A stretch of 64,000 nucleotides of DNA from a virus (taxonomy: Duplodnaviria > Caudoviricetes): the IMG/VR virus record IMGVR_UViG_2818991472_000001, positions 1-64,000 of that record, one strand, 5' to 3'. This document shows, piece after piece, positions 35,196 through 44,663 of the stretch. The position numbers and the translations under genes are program-made. Each line of letters opens with the position of its first letter. The stretch's first letter is position 1. Under the pieces are notes generated by a model. The model did no database searches, had not been told where the DNA came from, and saw only the letters and a list, made by a program, of their open reading frames with translations.

Positions 35196-35543
35196 TTACT
35201 CCTCACCCTGAGCGCCGCGACGGCGAGTCCGCTTGGCCGGTGTCGCGGGGGCCTCGGCCTCGGCAGCCATCGGCGCCTCGGACTCCTCCTCAACGGTCTC
35301 CGGGACCTCCGGGTCGGATTCCGGGCCGTCCTGCTCCACAGCTTCCGGGTTGCCGCCCTCGGAGTCGCCGTTCTCCACGGGATCGAGGGCGCCCTCCAGG
35401 AGGGGCTCCGGCACGGCATCGGGCAGCTGTACCGGACCTGAGAACGCGGTGGACACGGCGGTCAGATCACCGTGCTCCCCCGCTCCCACGCCGCTCGTGT
35501 CGAGCGTGCCGCTGACCAGAAGCATCTGCTCGTAGTTGCTCAC
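35196..35543 (-). CDS. small acidic protein with basic C-terminus
   Basis: GGAG RBS, tight packing, acidic disordered sequence. Confidence 0.6.
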   Translation of the reverse strand: MSNYEQMLLVSGTLDTSGVGAGEHGDLTAVSTAFSGPVQLPDAVPEPLLEGALDPVENGDSEGGNPEAVEQDGPESDPEVPETVEEESEAPMAAEAEAPATPAKRTRRRGAQGEE

Positions 35544-35546
35544 GGA

Positions 35547-35915
35547 CTACTCCTTGACCAGCGGGCGGATGATGACCGGGATGCTCTGGACGACCGGCTT
35601 GCCCTCCTCGTCGAAGACCACTCGCTGCGCCGTCAGCTCGGCGTTGGCCTTCTTCGGGTTCCCCTGGCACACGAGGACGCGGGCGAGCGGGTCGGCCGGG
35701 TCCAGGTCGTCCGCGATGAGCAGGCCCTTGCGGACGGCGGCGGTCGTGGCCGGGAGGCTCGCGATCTCCCGGGTGACCCAGTGCTGGTCGCCGCCGTTCT
35801 CGTCCCCGGCGCCCTCGAAGCGAAGGAAGAAGTCGGGCCGCTCGGGGTTGGGGGTGAGCACGGTGACCCCGGAGCTGGGGTTGCGGAGCTGGATCTGCTG
35901 CTGGACGAACGACAT
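35547..35915 (-). CDS. hypothetical head-associated protein
   Basis: GGGAGG RBS; first gene after major capsid. Confidence 0.65.
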   Translation of the reverse strand: MSFVQQQIQLRNPSSGVTVLTPNPERPDFFLRFEGAGDENGGDQHWVTREIASLPATTAAVRKGLLIADDLDPADPLARVLVCQGNPKKANAELTAQRVVFDEEGKPVVQSIPVIIRPLVKE

Positions 35916-35943
35916 CTCGGTCCTCCCAGGTGGTTGTGTCGGT

Positions 35944-35977
35944 CACCCCTTGCGTGCGGCTGGGTCGGGGAAGACAG
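35944..35977 (-). promoter_or_regulatory. bipartite late motif
   Basis: CACCCCTT-N21-GACAG, abutting a terminator. Confidence 0.75.
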
Positions 35978-35978
35978 C

Positions 35979-36015
35979 AGCGGGCCCCCTGGTGGGAGGT
36001 ACCAGGGGGCCCGCT
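35979..36015 (-). terminator. terminator downstream of major capsid gene
   Basis: agcgggccccctggt / accagggggcccgct 15-bp stem. Confidence 0.7.
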
Positions 36016-36123
36016 ATCGGAGGGTTTCCGGCCTTAGTGGCCCGCTCGGGGCCCCACCACAAAGCCCTTTTCCATTCCTCGGATAAATGGGAGCGGATAA
36101 GGCCAGATTCCGTGGCTCATTTA

Positions 36124-37122
36124 CTACTGCTTTACCACCTGGGCCAGGCCGCGCGGGTTCAGGATGGCGAAGCTAACCATCTCGTCGAAAACCCAGCCCT
36201 TCCAGAAGGACTCGACCTTGTGGTTTTCCTCGACGTCCAGGGAGTAGAGGACGGGGAAAACCCCCAGGAAGTTCGGCTCGGGGGTGAGGAACATCTTTCC
36301 CTGGGGAATGACGATGCTCCGCTGGATCTGGAACTCGCCGAAGGAGGTAATGGTCTCCCCGGCCACCACACGGTCCTTGAAAGCCCAGCCCGTTTGGTTG
36401 ATGTCCCACCGGTACATGTCCCGGAAGTCCATCGGGTTGATGAGAATTCGGGAGGACTGCAGCTCGTGCATGTCGGTCATGGAGACCGCGCTGTAGAAGC
36501 TGCCCGGGGTGAGGTAGCCGGATGCCTCGGTGATCGTGTGGTTGGGGGTAACCACGTGGTCAGCGCGACCGGCGTAGTCCGTGATGGCGGCCTGGAGGAT
36601 CGCGATCAGGCGCGAATCCTCCTGCTTGAGAATTGCCTGCTTGGTTTCGTCCTGCGCCTGCTCGACGACGTTGATTCGCAAGTAGAAAAGGTCTTCCTTG
36701 CGAATTGCCGGGCGGGCGGCAATTCGGAAGAACTTCACGTCGACGCGCTTGCCCTCGAAGGGCGTGATCTTGACTTCGCCCTCGGTCCCGGACATCAGGT
36801 AAGCCTGGCCGAGATCATCCCAGACGTCATACTGGACCGGCGTCCCGGGCGTCACCGGGTCCTCCATGAGGACATTCCTGGTGATTCCCTGGTAGCGCAG
36901 CTTGAGCTGAATCGGGCCGATCATGCCGACACCGAGACGCTTGATGCCGTTGTTTTCGTCCTGAACCACCAGAGCGAGGCGCTTTACCTTCGCTTCATGG
37001 GTGATCGGCGCGGCACCGGCCTTCTGGCTGTTCTCCAGCATCTCGGCGACGTAGGAATCCGAACGCCGGGAGGTGGAGCCCTTCTTGTGCAGCGGGCCAC
37101 CGCTGAGCACGGAAGTGGACAT
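36124..37122 (-). CDS. major capsid protein (Bxz1/cluster C-like HK97 fold)
   Basis: MIGPIQLKLRYQGITRNVL.ED, AILKQED, GWVFDE..FAILNPRG; follows decoration and scaffold genes. Confidence 0.85.
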   Translation of the reverse strand: MSTSVLSGGPLHKKGSTSRRSDSYVAEMLENSQKAGAAPITHEAKVKRLALVVQDENNGIKRLGVGMIGPIQLKLRYQGITRNVLMEDPVTPGTPVQYDVWDDLGQAYLMSGTEGEVKITPFEGKRVDVKFFRIAARPAIRKEDLFYLRINVVEQAQDETKQAILKQEDSRLIAILQAAITDYAGRADHVVTPNHTITEASGYLTPGSFYSAVSMTDMHELQSSRILINPMDFRDMYRWDINQTGWAFKDRVVAGETITSFGEFQIQRSIVIPQGKMFLTPEPNFLGVFPVLYSLDVEENHKVESFWKGWVFDEMVSFAILNPRGLAQVVKQ

Positions 37123-37156
37123 GTTTTTGTGAATTCCTTTCCGCTTGCTCGCGCGG

Positions 37157-37660
37157 TTAGCGCAGGCCGCCGATGGTGATCTTCGAGGGGCTGTTGACCT
37201 TCAGCAGGCGCGCGATCGGCAGCGCCGAGGCACCGGCGGTTCCGGCGGGCACGAGCTTGCCCCGGGTGGCACCGGTGGTCTGGGCGTAGATGAGCTTCTC
37301 CGTGCCGTCACCGACCTCGGTCCAGGTGCCGAGGGAGTCGTCGAACGCGGGGCTGAGGACCTCGAACTCGGCGTCCGGCGCCAGCACCCACACCGCCATG
37401 GCGTTGAGGCCCACTTCGAGCAGCTCGTCGATGCCGTCCCCGCCGATGTAGTGGCCGATGAAGCCGTACGGAGCACCGGTGGCGTTGATGAGGGTGGCCT
37501 GCTCACCGACCGTCTTCATGGCGACCATGCCGGGCCAGATCGGCACGCTGCGGTCCCACGCGGGGTCCAGGAACATGGTCTTGGGGGTGCTCTGCGTGAA
37601 GCCGTAGAGCTGGCGAAACGTCCGCTTCAGGTGGGCCGTGGCGAGACGAGTCCTGATCAT
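37157..37660 (-). CDS. capsid decoration/cement protein
   Basis: IWPGMVAM..G, 167 aa, directly upstream of MCP. Confidence 0.65.
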   Translation of the reverse strand: MIRTRLATAHLKRTFRQLYGFTQSTPKTMFLDPAWDRSVPIWPGMVAMKTVGEQATLINATGAPYGFIGHYIGGDGIDELLEVGLNAMAVWVLAPDAEFEVLSPAFDDSLGTWTEVGDGTEKLIYAQTTGATRGKLVPAGTAGASALPIARLLKVNSPSKITIGGLR

Positions 37661-37745
37661 CCTGGGGAGTCCTCTCCTTATGACTCGGACATGTACGGCT
37701 CCCCGGGTGGCCGGTGGGCCTGGTGGAGTGGAAGAAGCCGTTCCT

Positions 37746-37779
37746 CACCCCTTGCGAGAGCCGCAGAGCCCGCAGACAG
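37746..37779 (-). promoter_or_regulatory. bipartite late motif
   Basis: CACCCCTT-N21-GACAG upstream of decoration-MCP genes. Confidence 0.75.
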
Positions 37780-37855
37780 GGACCAGGGCCACGGAATTTC
37801 CCCACGAACGGACGGAGGCCCCCAGCACCTGCTCGCCGGGGGCCTCGTGCGCGGA

Positions 37856-38767
37856 TCAGAGCCCGGCGAGATCCGAGGCGGACAGGAAGAGCATCGAGTC
37901 GTCGACGGACGACCCCTCCGGGCTCAGCGGCATCGGCGCGGACGCCATCGACGGGGCCGTGCGGGTGCTCGCGGAGCGGCGCGGCACCGCCTCGGGGCTC
38001 GGCACCCGGGACGCCGCCTTCACCACACCGTCGAGGGTCCGGATCTCGTGCTCGATCACCTCACCGGTCATCCCGGTGTCCGACTGGATCGACGCCGCCA
38101 GCGAGATGTCGTCGCCCGACGCGAGGCCAGCGTTGATGCGCAGCCGGGCCAGACGCAGCGACGCCGCGAACCGGCCCTCCAGCGCGGCGTGGCGCGCCCC
38201 CTGGCCCATCTCCCCGTCGCTCGGCGGCGCGGAGTTGGAGCGGTTCTCGGAGATCGTCCAGGGGAACGCCACCTCCGGCTGCATCGGGTCACCGACCCGC
38301 ACATCCGTCTCGATCCGGGTCTGCTCCGGGCTCAGCTCCCCGGGCTGGGTGCCCACGGTCGGAGCGGTGACGTCGACCAGGTTGGTGTACGGCTGGGTCG
38401 GCAGCGTGCCACCGGGGTTGATCGCCACGTCGGTGGCCGCTGCCGGAACGCCGCTGGTCGACCCCGGCGTCTGCCCCGGAGAGCGGACGTCGTCGTAGGT
38501 GGCCGGGGTGACCGCCTGCTCGGTGGTCTCCGTGGCGGCCTGCGACGCCGGGTCTGGCCAGGGCTGCGCCGGGTTGTTCACGTCGGCCACCTTGGCGATC
38601 TCGTCGGTGATGCCCGCGAGCCGGGCGATCATCGCGATCTGCTGCCTCTGCGCGGCCAGTTCACGGGCCTGGGCCTGGATCACGGCGCCCTGCTGGCCTA
38701 CCGTGGCGCGCAGCTGGTCCAGGACCGTCTGCTGCGCCGCGACAGCGGTCATGAGCGGTCGGCTCAT
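37856..38767 (-). CDS. scaffold protein (putative)
   Basis: ATG38767 with AAGGAG RBS; N-terminal coiled coil, Pro/Thr linker; between protease and capsid. Confidence 0.6.
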   Translation of the reverse strand: MSRPLMTAVAAQQTVLDQLRATVGQQGAVIQAQARELAAQRQQIAMIARLAGITDEIAKVADVNNPAQPWPDPASQAATETTEQAVTPATYDDVRSPGQTPGSTSGVPAAATDVAINPGGTLPTQPYTNLVDVTAPTVGTQPGELSPEQTRIETDVRVGDPMQPEVAFPWTISENRSNSAPPSDGEMGQGARHAALEGRFAASLRLARLRINAGLASGDDISLAASIQSDTGMTGEVIEHEIRTLDGVVKAASRVPSPEAVPRRSASTRTAPSMASAPMPLSPEGSSVDDSMLFLSASDLAGL

Positions 38768-38828
38768 AGCTACTGGGTCTCCTTCGCTGTGCGGACCGCT
38801 CCCGGCGTCTGCCGTAGCGGTGGTGCCT

Positions 38829-38862
38829 CGCCCCTTCATCGCCGGACGGGCATCGCGACAGG
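38829..38862 (-). promoter_or_regulatory. bipartite late motif
   Basis: CGCCCCTT-N21-GACAG, partly inside protease 3' end. Confidence 0.7.
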
Positions 38863-41226
38863 AGGCGGGACCGAGTCGGCCCCCTGCAGTTCGGCCGGGG
38901 TGAGCAGCTGGGCCTGGCCGCAGTTGGGGCAGACGTCGCCCGCCACGGTGCCGTCAGCCGCCGCCATCGGATCGCCCATGTTCTGGCTGGTCGGCAGCGT
39001 GGCTGCCGCCTGGAACCCGCAGCTCGGGCACATCAGGTCCGGCACCGAGTCCCCCGGAGTGCCGGGCATCGCCATCTCGGCCTCCGCCCGGTCCTCTTCA
39101 GGGGGCAGCACGTCCGGGCCCTCGGGCTCCTCCGGCCGGTCCGGCATGTCCGGACCCGGGGTGAAGGGATCACCGGTGTGGTCCTGCGCCCTCCACGGAA
39201 GCACCCGGGGCGTTGCCTGCCCCCCGGCCTCGGGCGGGATGACCTCGCCGTCCAGGCCGATCTCGTCGGGCTGGACGATGCCATCGCCGTTCCCGTCGAC
39301 CGCTGTCGGGGCGCCGTTGAGCTGCGTTCCATCCAGGGCCTGGCCCGAGGGCAGTACCTGGCCGTCCGGCCCGATCATCGAGGGGTCGACGGCCTGTCCG
39401 CCGGTCGGATCGGCGAGCGGGTCGCGCGGGTCCAGCGTGCCGTCGCCGTCCGGGCCGCCGACCGGGGTGAGCGTGCCGTCGTCGTCGACCATGCTGGGGT
39501 CGACGACCTGCTTGCGGAGGTCGAGCTGCTTGGCCATGTCGAGGTCGGGATCGCGGAACTGCTGCGGCGGGCTGATGAACCCACAGATGCGGCACATCTC
39601 CCCGTCGTAGGTGACGGAGTCGCCGCACACCGGGCAGGAGTCCTCCCGCAAGGTGTCCACGTCAGCCGGGGCCTTCGTCTCGCCGTACGCCAGGTGCTGT
39701 CGGGCAGTGTGGGAGTTGTCCTCGGCCTTGAGCTGCGGAACGTGCTCGCTCGACAGCCCGCGCCACTTCTCCCGCTGGTTGCGCATGTTGGTCTGGCGGC
39801 CCTTGCCGCCCGGCGAGGATGCGTCCTCATCGGCGTTCAGGCGCTGGCGCACAAGCCAGGTGGTGGCCTGCACCTCGTGCGGGGCGACGGTGCGCCCCTC
39901 GGAGCCGGAGATCTGCGCGGCGGCCGTGCGGTACTGCTGGGCGGCGTGCTCGTAGTAGTGCCGGGAGCCGCTCGGGAACTCGCCGCCCTCCTCTGAGCCG
40001 ACCCGGCGTCCGGCCGCCACGGAGAGCGCGTGCCGGTCGACGACCACCCGGTGCGAGTGGGCGGGCGGCGTGCCGCTGGCCTTCTCCTCGTCGGTCTGGG
40101 GCTCGTAGCCGCCGTGCTCGATCAGGTGGGCGAAGTCCTGCGTCTTCGGGCCCTTGAGGGCCTTCTGGTGGTGCTCGCCGTCCATGATCTTTTGGGCAGC
40201 GTTGGCGTGCGAGCCCATGATCATCAGGCCCTCGCCCTTGCCGAGGGCCCGCTGCTCGACGAAGGACCTCGCGGCGTTGTGCATGTTCGCCCACCAGTTC
40301 TGCTGGGGCGAGTACGCGGAGAGGACGCCCGCGCCCTTGTGGGCGGCCTCGGCGTCGTCGGTGATGTCGGGGTTCAGCTTGGCGATGGCCTTGGCCACGT
40401 GGTGCGCGTCGGGGTACCACCGGGCGCCCTGGGTCTTCTCCTCGTCGGTGGCCTGGTTCCAGTGGTCGACGATGTGGCTGTGGTGCAGCGGCACCTTCTT
40501 GTAGAAGGGGTGGTCCGCCGGGTTCTGGAACTGCGGGGCGGCGGCCTCGGCCTGGAGGCCCGCCGCCTTGCCCAGACCGGAGGCGTCGACCCCGAGGAAG
40601 TGCGCGGTCGGGTCGGCGGGCGGCTCGACCAAGAGGGAGTTCTCGAAGAAGCCCAGCCCGAAGCAGACCTCGCGGATCAGCTCTCCGACCCGCTGCCCGG
40701 AAGCGGTGTGCCGGTAGATCCGCTGGCCCTTGGAGCGAGGGATGTGCTGGCAGTACTCGGCCGGGGTGGTGGCGCGGTTGCCGCACGCGCTGCAGACCGA
40801 GTAGGCGACGTCGCAGCCCATCGAGGTGCGGTCGACGTCGCCGTCCAGGATGGCCTTGGCCAGCTTGGGGAACCTGCGTGCGTCGACTTCCATAAGAACT
40901 TCACACCAGGTGTCCGGTGTGCCGTCGGGGTTGCGGTCCTCGTGGAGCGCCGCGTCGATGACCACCCCTCGGGCTCGGCGGTGGTCGCTGTTCTCGTGGT
41001 TGACGAATACCGGCTTGCCGACGAATGTCTTATAAGCGGCCTTGATCTCTTCTGCGGGGAATTCGTCGAAGTTGTCGTTGCATCGCGAGCTGATGGCCCG
41101 GGACCGGACGTAGAGGTATCCCGGGCGTGCTGTGTACTCGAACGTGTGACGGTGGGCCTGCTTCGGCAGGCGCGCAGTGCCGTCGAGCTGGGCCGCGAGG
41201 ATCGTGGCAGCGGCGTACTTCCGCAC
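38836..41226 (-). CDS. prohead (capsid maturation) protease polyprotein with inserted glycosylase-like domain and Zn ribbons
   Basis: GTG41226 with GGGAGG; N.N.D.F, YKTFVGKPVFVNH, TSMGC, FENSLLVEPPADP protease motifs; central WY..AH..A / LSAYSPQ / GPKT..F / VVVDRH / VQATTW domain; C-terminal CxxC pairs. Confidence 0.75.
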   Translation of the reverse strand: MRKYAAATILAAQLDGTARLPKQAHRHTFEYTARPGYLYVRSRAISSRCNDNFDEFPAEEIKAAYKTFVGKPVFVNHENSDHRRARGVVIDAALHEDRNPDGTPDTWCEVLMEVDARRFPKLAKAILDGDVDRTSMGCDVAYSVCSACGNRATTPAEYCQHIPRSKGQRIYRHTASGQRVGELIREVCFGLGFFENSLLVEPPADPTAHFLGVDASGLGKAAGLQAEAAAPQFQNPADHPFYKKVPLHHSHIVDHWNQATDEEKTQGARWYPDAHHVAKAIAKLNPDITDDAEAAHKGAGVLSAYSPQQNWWANMHNAARSFVEQRALGKGEGLMIMGSHANAAQKIMDGEHHQKALKGPKTQDFAHLIEHGGYEPQTDEEKASGTPPAHSHRVVVDRHALSVAAGRRVGSEEGGEFPSGSRHYYEHAAQQYRTAAAQISGSEGRTVAPHEVQATTWLVRQRLNADEDASSPGGKGRQTNMRNQREKWRGLSSEHVPQLKAEDNSHTARQHLAYGETKAPADVDTLREDSCPVCGDSVTYDGEMCRICGFISPPQQFRDPDLDMAKQLDLRKQVVDPSMVDDDGTLTPVGGPDGDGTLDPRDPLADPTGGQAVDPSMIGPDGQVLPSGQALDGTQLNGAPTAVDGNGDGIVQPDEIGLDGEVIPPEAGGQATPRVLPWRAQDHTGDPFTPGPDMPDRPEEPEGPDVLPPEEDRAEAEMAMPGTPGDSVPDLMCPSCGFQAAATLPTSQNMGDPMAAADGTVAGDVCPNCGQAQLLTPAELQGADSVPPPVAMPVRR

Positions 41227-41257
41227 GGTGATGGGCCTCCCGGGCTTGTCGGGGTCT

Positions 41258-41291
41258 CGCCCCTTCCGGTCCTGGGAGGCCGTGCAGACAG
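41258..41291 (-). promoter_or_regulatory. bipartite late motif
   Basis: CGCCCCTT-N21-GACAG. Confidence 0.75.
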
Positions 41292-41490
41292 CGTCCGGCA
41301 ATTTTTAACCCGCGAGATGGCGCGTACACGGGGAGTTCTGCCTTAACCTCTGTATGAGCCAGCCTTAATCCATCTCGCGGTAGAGTGTCTTTTGCGACAT
41401 GTGTACTGCCGTGCCGCCAACGCGATCTGATGCACTGTCAGCTTCTGCGAGAGATAGCCCGCGCCGGTCTGCGGGTAGTTGAAATAGGAA

Positions 41491-41539
41491 GGACCCCGGT
41501 CGACCACCCGGGCAAGGGAATTGAGGTCGACCGGGGTCC
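41491..41539 (-). terminator. terminator after holin
   Basis: 15-bp stem ggaccccggtcgacc/ggtcgaccggggtcc followed by T-rich run on minus strand. Confidence 0.65.
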
Positions 41540-41576
41540 AGGGGCTCCGGAGTTAGCGGGGTGGGTAGTGGCAGGT

Positions 41577-41879
41577 CTACCCGAGGCCCCCCGGAGTCGG
41601 GTCGCCCGACGGCTCGGCAGTCGTCGACGGGCTGGGAGGGGTGGTCTTGGTGTAGGTCGGCTGGGACGTCGATCCGAGGAGCACCGAGAAGGCGGGCCAC
41701 CGGCTCTCCAGCAGGTGGACCAGGGTGTAGTAGGCCGCGATGACCACGCCGGTCAGACCGGTGATCAGGGCGGCCTTGGAAGTCGAGTCCACGTTCACGC
41801 CGATGTCCGCGAGGGCGGTGACGGCAGAGCCGACTGCCACGGGCACGTAGGTACGGATGAGGGCCTGGGGCTGGGGCAT
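41577..41879 (-). CDS. holin-like membrane protein
   Basis: ATG41879 with AGGAG; IRTYVP..VG, YY..V..LE.RWP..LLG, two hydrophobic helices. Confidence 0.65.
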   Translation of the reverse strand: MPQPQALIRTYVPVAVGSAVTALADIGVNVDSTSKAALITGLTGVVIAAYYTLVHLLESRWPAFSVLLGSTSQPTYTKTTPPSPSTTAEPSGDPTPGGLG

Positions 41880-41905
41880 GCGCTCTCCTGGAAGAGGGGT
41901 GATCT

Positions 41906-41939
41906 CACCCCTTCCGAGGGCCAGCCCGCCTTGGGACAG
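41906..41939 (-). promoter_or_regulatory. bipartite late motif
   Basis: CACCCCTT-N21-GACAG. Confidence 0.75.
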
Positions 41940-42212
41940 GAGCTGAGCGGTGAACCATTTTTGGCCACCACCGCGCGGAGACGCCACCGCGATCGACACC
42001 GCGCCCCCACCCCCCTGTCACAGTTCGCCCGGATGCCGATCATCGTAGGCTTATGCATACAGAGCGTGTCAAGGTCACTTTCACGGAAGTTGGCTGGACG
42101 GTCTCTCGTGAAACTGGCTTGACTGTGTAGCATCTGGCCCCAGTTGCGTACCACTCGTGCGGCGAGACCTCCATGTCGCGTCCCTCGGACCCGGAAAGGC
42201 CCAGGTGGCAAG

Positions 42213-42743
42213 GTGTCAGGAAGTCTGGCAGGCCGACTGGAACGACTGTTTGACCTCAAGCGCAAGACTGACGGCACGCGTTGGCCGTACTCCGAGGTGG
42301 CTGAACAGATCAACCAGCGTCATCACTGTGCGTTGATGACCGAACTCGCCGCAACGCTTAAATCCGAGGGAAGAAGCGCTGAGGAGATTGCGGAGGCTGT
42401 CGCCCAGCAGGCCGTCAAGTCGGTCATCACGGGACAGTACATCGGGCAGCTCGTCAGCGGCGCCGCCGACAACCCGACCAGAATCCGGATGCAGTGCCTC
42501 GCCGAGTTCTTTGACATGGACCCATCCTTCTTCTTTGACGGGGAGAAGGCGGCGATGATGGACCGGGAGTTGGAGATGCTCCAGCTCCTGAAGAACCCGC
42601 ACGTCCGAACGCTCGCGCGCGCCGCCGACAGGCTCGACAAGTCGGGACTGGCGGCGGTGCTCGCCATCATGGGCCACATGAAGGTCGCCCCCCAAGTGTC
42701 CGTCCCCGATGAAGACGATCAAGCTCGCCCCGACGGTTCCTGA
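42213..42743 (+). CDS. EspR-like XRE family regulator
   Basis: LAGRLERLF..YSEVA..I.GQYI.QL.SG..DNPT...LAEFF...P.FF. Confidence 0.8.
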   Translation: MSGSLAGRLERLFDLKRKTDGTRWPYSEVAEQINQRHHCALMTELAATLKSEGRSAEEIAEAVAQQAVKSVITGQYIGQLVSGAADNPTRIRMQCLAEFFDMDPSFFFDGEKAAMMDRELEMLQLLKNPHVRTLARAADRLDKSGLAAVLAIMGHMKVAPQVSVPDEDDQARPDGS

Positions 42744-42824
42744 CGTCAGTCATATGCCATACGCTGAGGCGGCCCCGGAACTGACCGGATTTCGGGGGCG
42801 AAATTAGGACGGAATCGGGCGAAT

Positions 42825-43370
42825 ATGCATGGAGTCAGTCGCAGGGTACGTAAACGATGGAATGAGACGCTCCGGACACTCGTCGTTGACGAGCCATTTA
42901 CCACGGAGTCGCTTCGCGCTGCCGTGGAGAGCCACCGTGGCCGTCCGCTGGAGATCGTCCAAGGAGACTTCCGCTCGCTCGGGGACACCCCGTGCGGGCT
43001 CTGGGTGAAGAGCTGCGACCGGGACCTGATCCTCATCGACAGCAGTGTCACCGGACCCCAGTACGACCAGACCGTGGGCCACGAGATCGGCCACATCCTC
43101 ATGGGCCACGAGCCGCTCTCCCCGGCCATGCTCGTCTCCGAGATGGCACAGCTGGTCGACATGTTCCAGATCCTGCCGCCCAGCCTCGTCCGCGACGCCC
43201 TCAGCGGCGTCGCCCTCGGGCGCACCACCTACGAGGACCACAAGGAGCGCGAGGCCGAAGGGTTCGGCACCCTCGTGGCCCTCCACATCAAGCGCGAGGC
43301 CATGCGCCACGCTGACGCCCAGGCGGATGAGGTCCTCTCCGGCCTGCGCGACTCCCTCGGCTTCCGCTAG
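42825..43370 (+). CDS. ImmA/IrrE-like metallopeptidase regulator component
   Basis: PCGLWV, HEIGHILMGH (HExxH), Y....EREAE. Confidence 0.8.
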   Translation: MHGVSRRVRKRWNETLRTLVVDEPFTTESLRAAVESHRGRPLEIVQGDFRSLGDTPCGLWVKSCDRDLILIDSSVTGPQYDQTVGHEIGHILMGHEPLSPAMLVSEMAQLVDMFQILPPSLVRDALSGVALGRTTYEDHKEREAEGFGTLVALHIKREAMRHADAQADEVLSGLRDSLGFR

Positions 43371-43385
43371 CCCCAGGAACCCCAC

Positions 43386-44663
43386 ATGATCATCTGGCTC
43401 TTCGTCATCCTGCCGCTGTGGGTCGTGGTGATCGCCCGGACCCCGGTGGCGATCCGGCAGCGAAGATCACGGCCCCTCTACGGAAGCTTCCTCTCCCTCT
43501 CGATCTCACTGACCGCCATACGACCCCAGGTCGTCGACCTGCTGTACCGCTGGACCCACATCGCGGGCCTCGCCGACCTGATCAAGCAGGTCAGCGGCAT
43601 GGTGGCGATGGCCTTCATCCTCAGCTGGGTCGTCTCGGTGACACCGCCGCCCAGGCCAGGCCAGGCCAACCGCCTCTACTTCCGCATCGCACGAGGCCGG
43701 ACCCGCCACGTCGTCACCACCATCTGCGTCTCCCTCGCCGTCGGCCTGTTCCCCTTCATGGACACCGCCGACCGGGCGCTGCCGGACAGCCCCGACCTCG
43801 CGCTCACCCAGATCGGCCACCCGCTTGGCGCGGTCAGCATGCAGACCTTCCAGATCTACCTGTGCTTCAGCATGATCAGCTGCGCACTGATGTGCTGGGA
43901 CGCCTGGCACCGGGACCGCCGGAGCATCCTCGGCCTGAGCATGTGGTGCGTCGCCTTCGGCTGTGCCGCCGGGTTCTGCTACGGCTTCCTCCGCCTGACC
44001 TACCTGGTCGGCATCATGGCCGGAGCCAGCCTCCCCAGCTGGGTGCTCTACGTGGGCACCAACGGCTTCGTACTACTCTCGGTCGGCTTCATCCTTGTTG
44101 GCACGTCCCTGCCGGTCCTTGAACGGATCAAGACCGAGCTGTCGTACCGCTCCTCGCTGATCAAGCTCCGGGCACTGTGGGACGAGGTCACCAGCGCGGT
44201 GCCAGCCGTGGTCTACTGCGGTCCCCGCAAGACCACCCGGCTCAACGACCGCTTGAACCTCCGCCACCTCGACGAGCGGCTCCACCGCCGGATCGTCGAG
44301 ATCGAGGACGGCGCGATGGCCCTGCAGACCTGGTGCTCGGCCTCCCTCGGCCACGCCGTCCGCGAGGCCGCCTCCGGTGCGGACCTGCTGTTCGCCCAGG
44401 CCCTCATCATCCGGATCGCGGCGAACCGCAAGCGCCAGGGCAGCCCGGCCGCCGAGGTCCAGGACACCGAACCCCTCCTGCCCACCTCGCCGAGCCCCAG
44501 GGTCCGCCTCGCCTACCTCGAACAGCTCTCCTGGGCGATCGAGCCCCGCCCCGAGATGCCCGACGAAGAGCAGATCAACCAGCTGCTCCCCAACCTCGAC
44601 ACCGAGTTCCTCAACCAGATCCGCTTCTCCCTCGGCCTGCGGACACGCCAGGAGACCCAATGA
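43386..44663 (+). CDS. MAB_1171c-family membrane sensor/transporter with DUF6545-like C-terminus
   Basis: ~7 TM helices then L.ALW..VT.AVP..LHRRIVEIEDG..AL motif. Confidence 0.8.
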   Translation: MIIWLFVILPLWVVVIARTPVAIRQRRSRPLYGSFLSLSISLTAIRPQVVDLLYRWTHIAGLADLIKQVSGMVAMAFILSWVVSVTPPPRPGQANRLYFRIARGRTRHVVTTICVSLAVGLFPFMDTADRALPDSPDLALTQIGHPLGAVSMQTFQIYLCFSMISCALMCWDAWHRDRRSILGLSMWCVAFGCAAGFCYGFLRLTYLVGIMAGASLPSWVLYVGTNGFVLLSVGFILVGTSLPVLERIKTELSYRSSLIKLRALWDEVTSAVPAVVYCGPRKTTRLNDRLNLRHLDERLHRRIVEIEDGAMALQTWCSASLGHAVREAASGADLLFAQALIIRIAANRKRQGSPAAEVQDTEPLLPTSPSPRVRLAYLEQLSWAIEPRPEMPDEEQINQLLPNLDTEFLNQIRFSLGLRTRQETQ

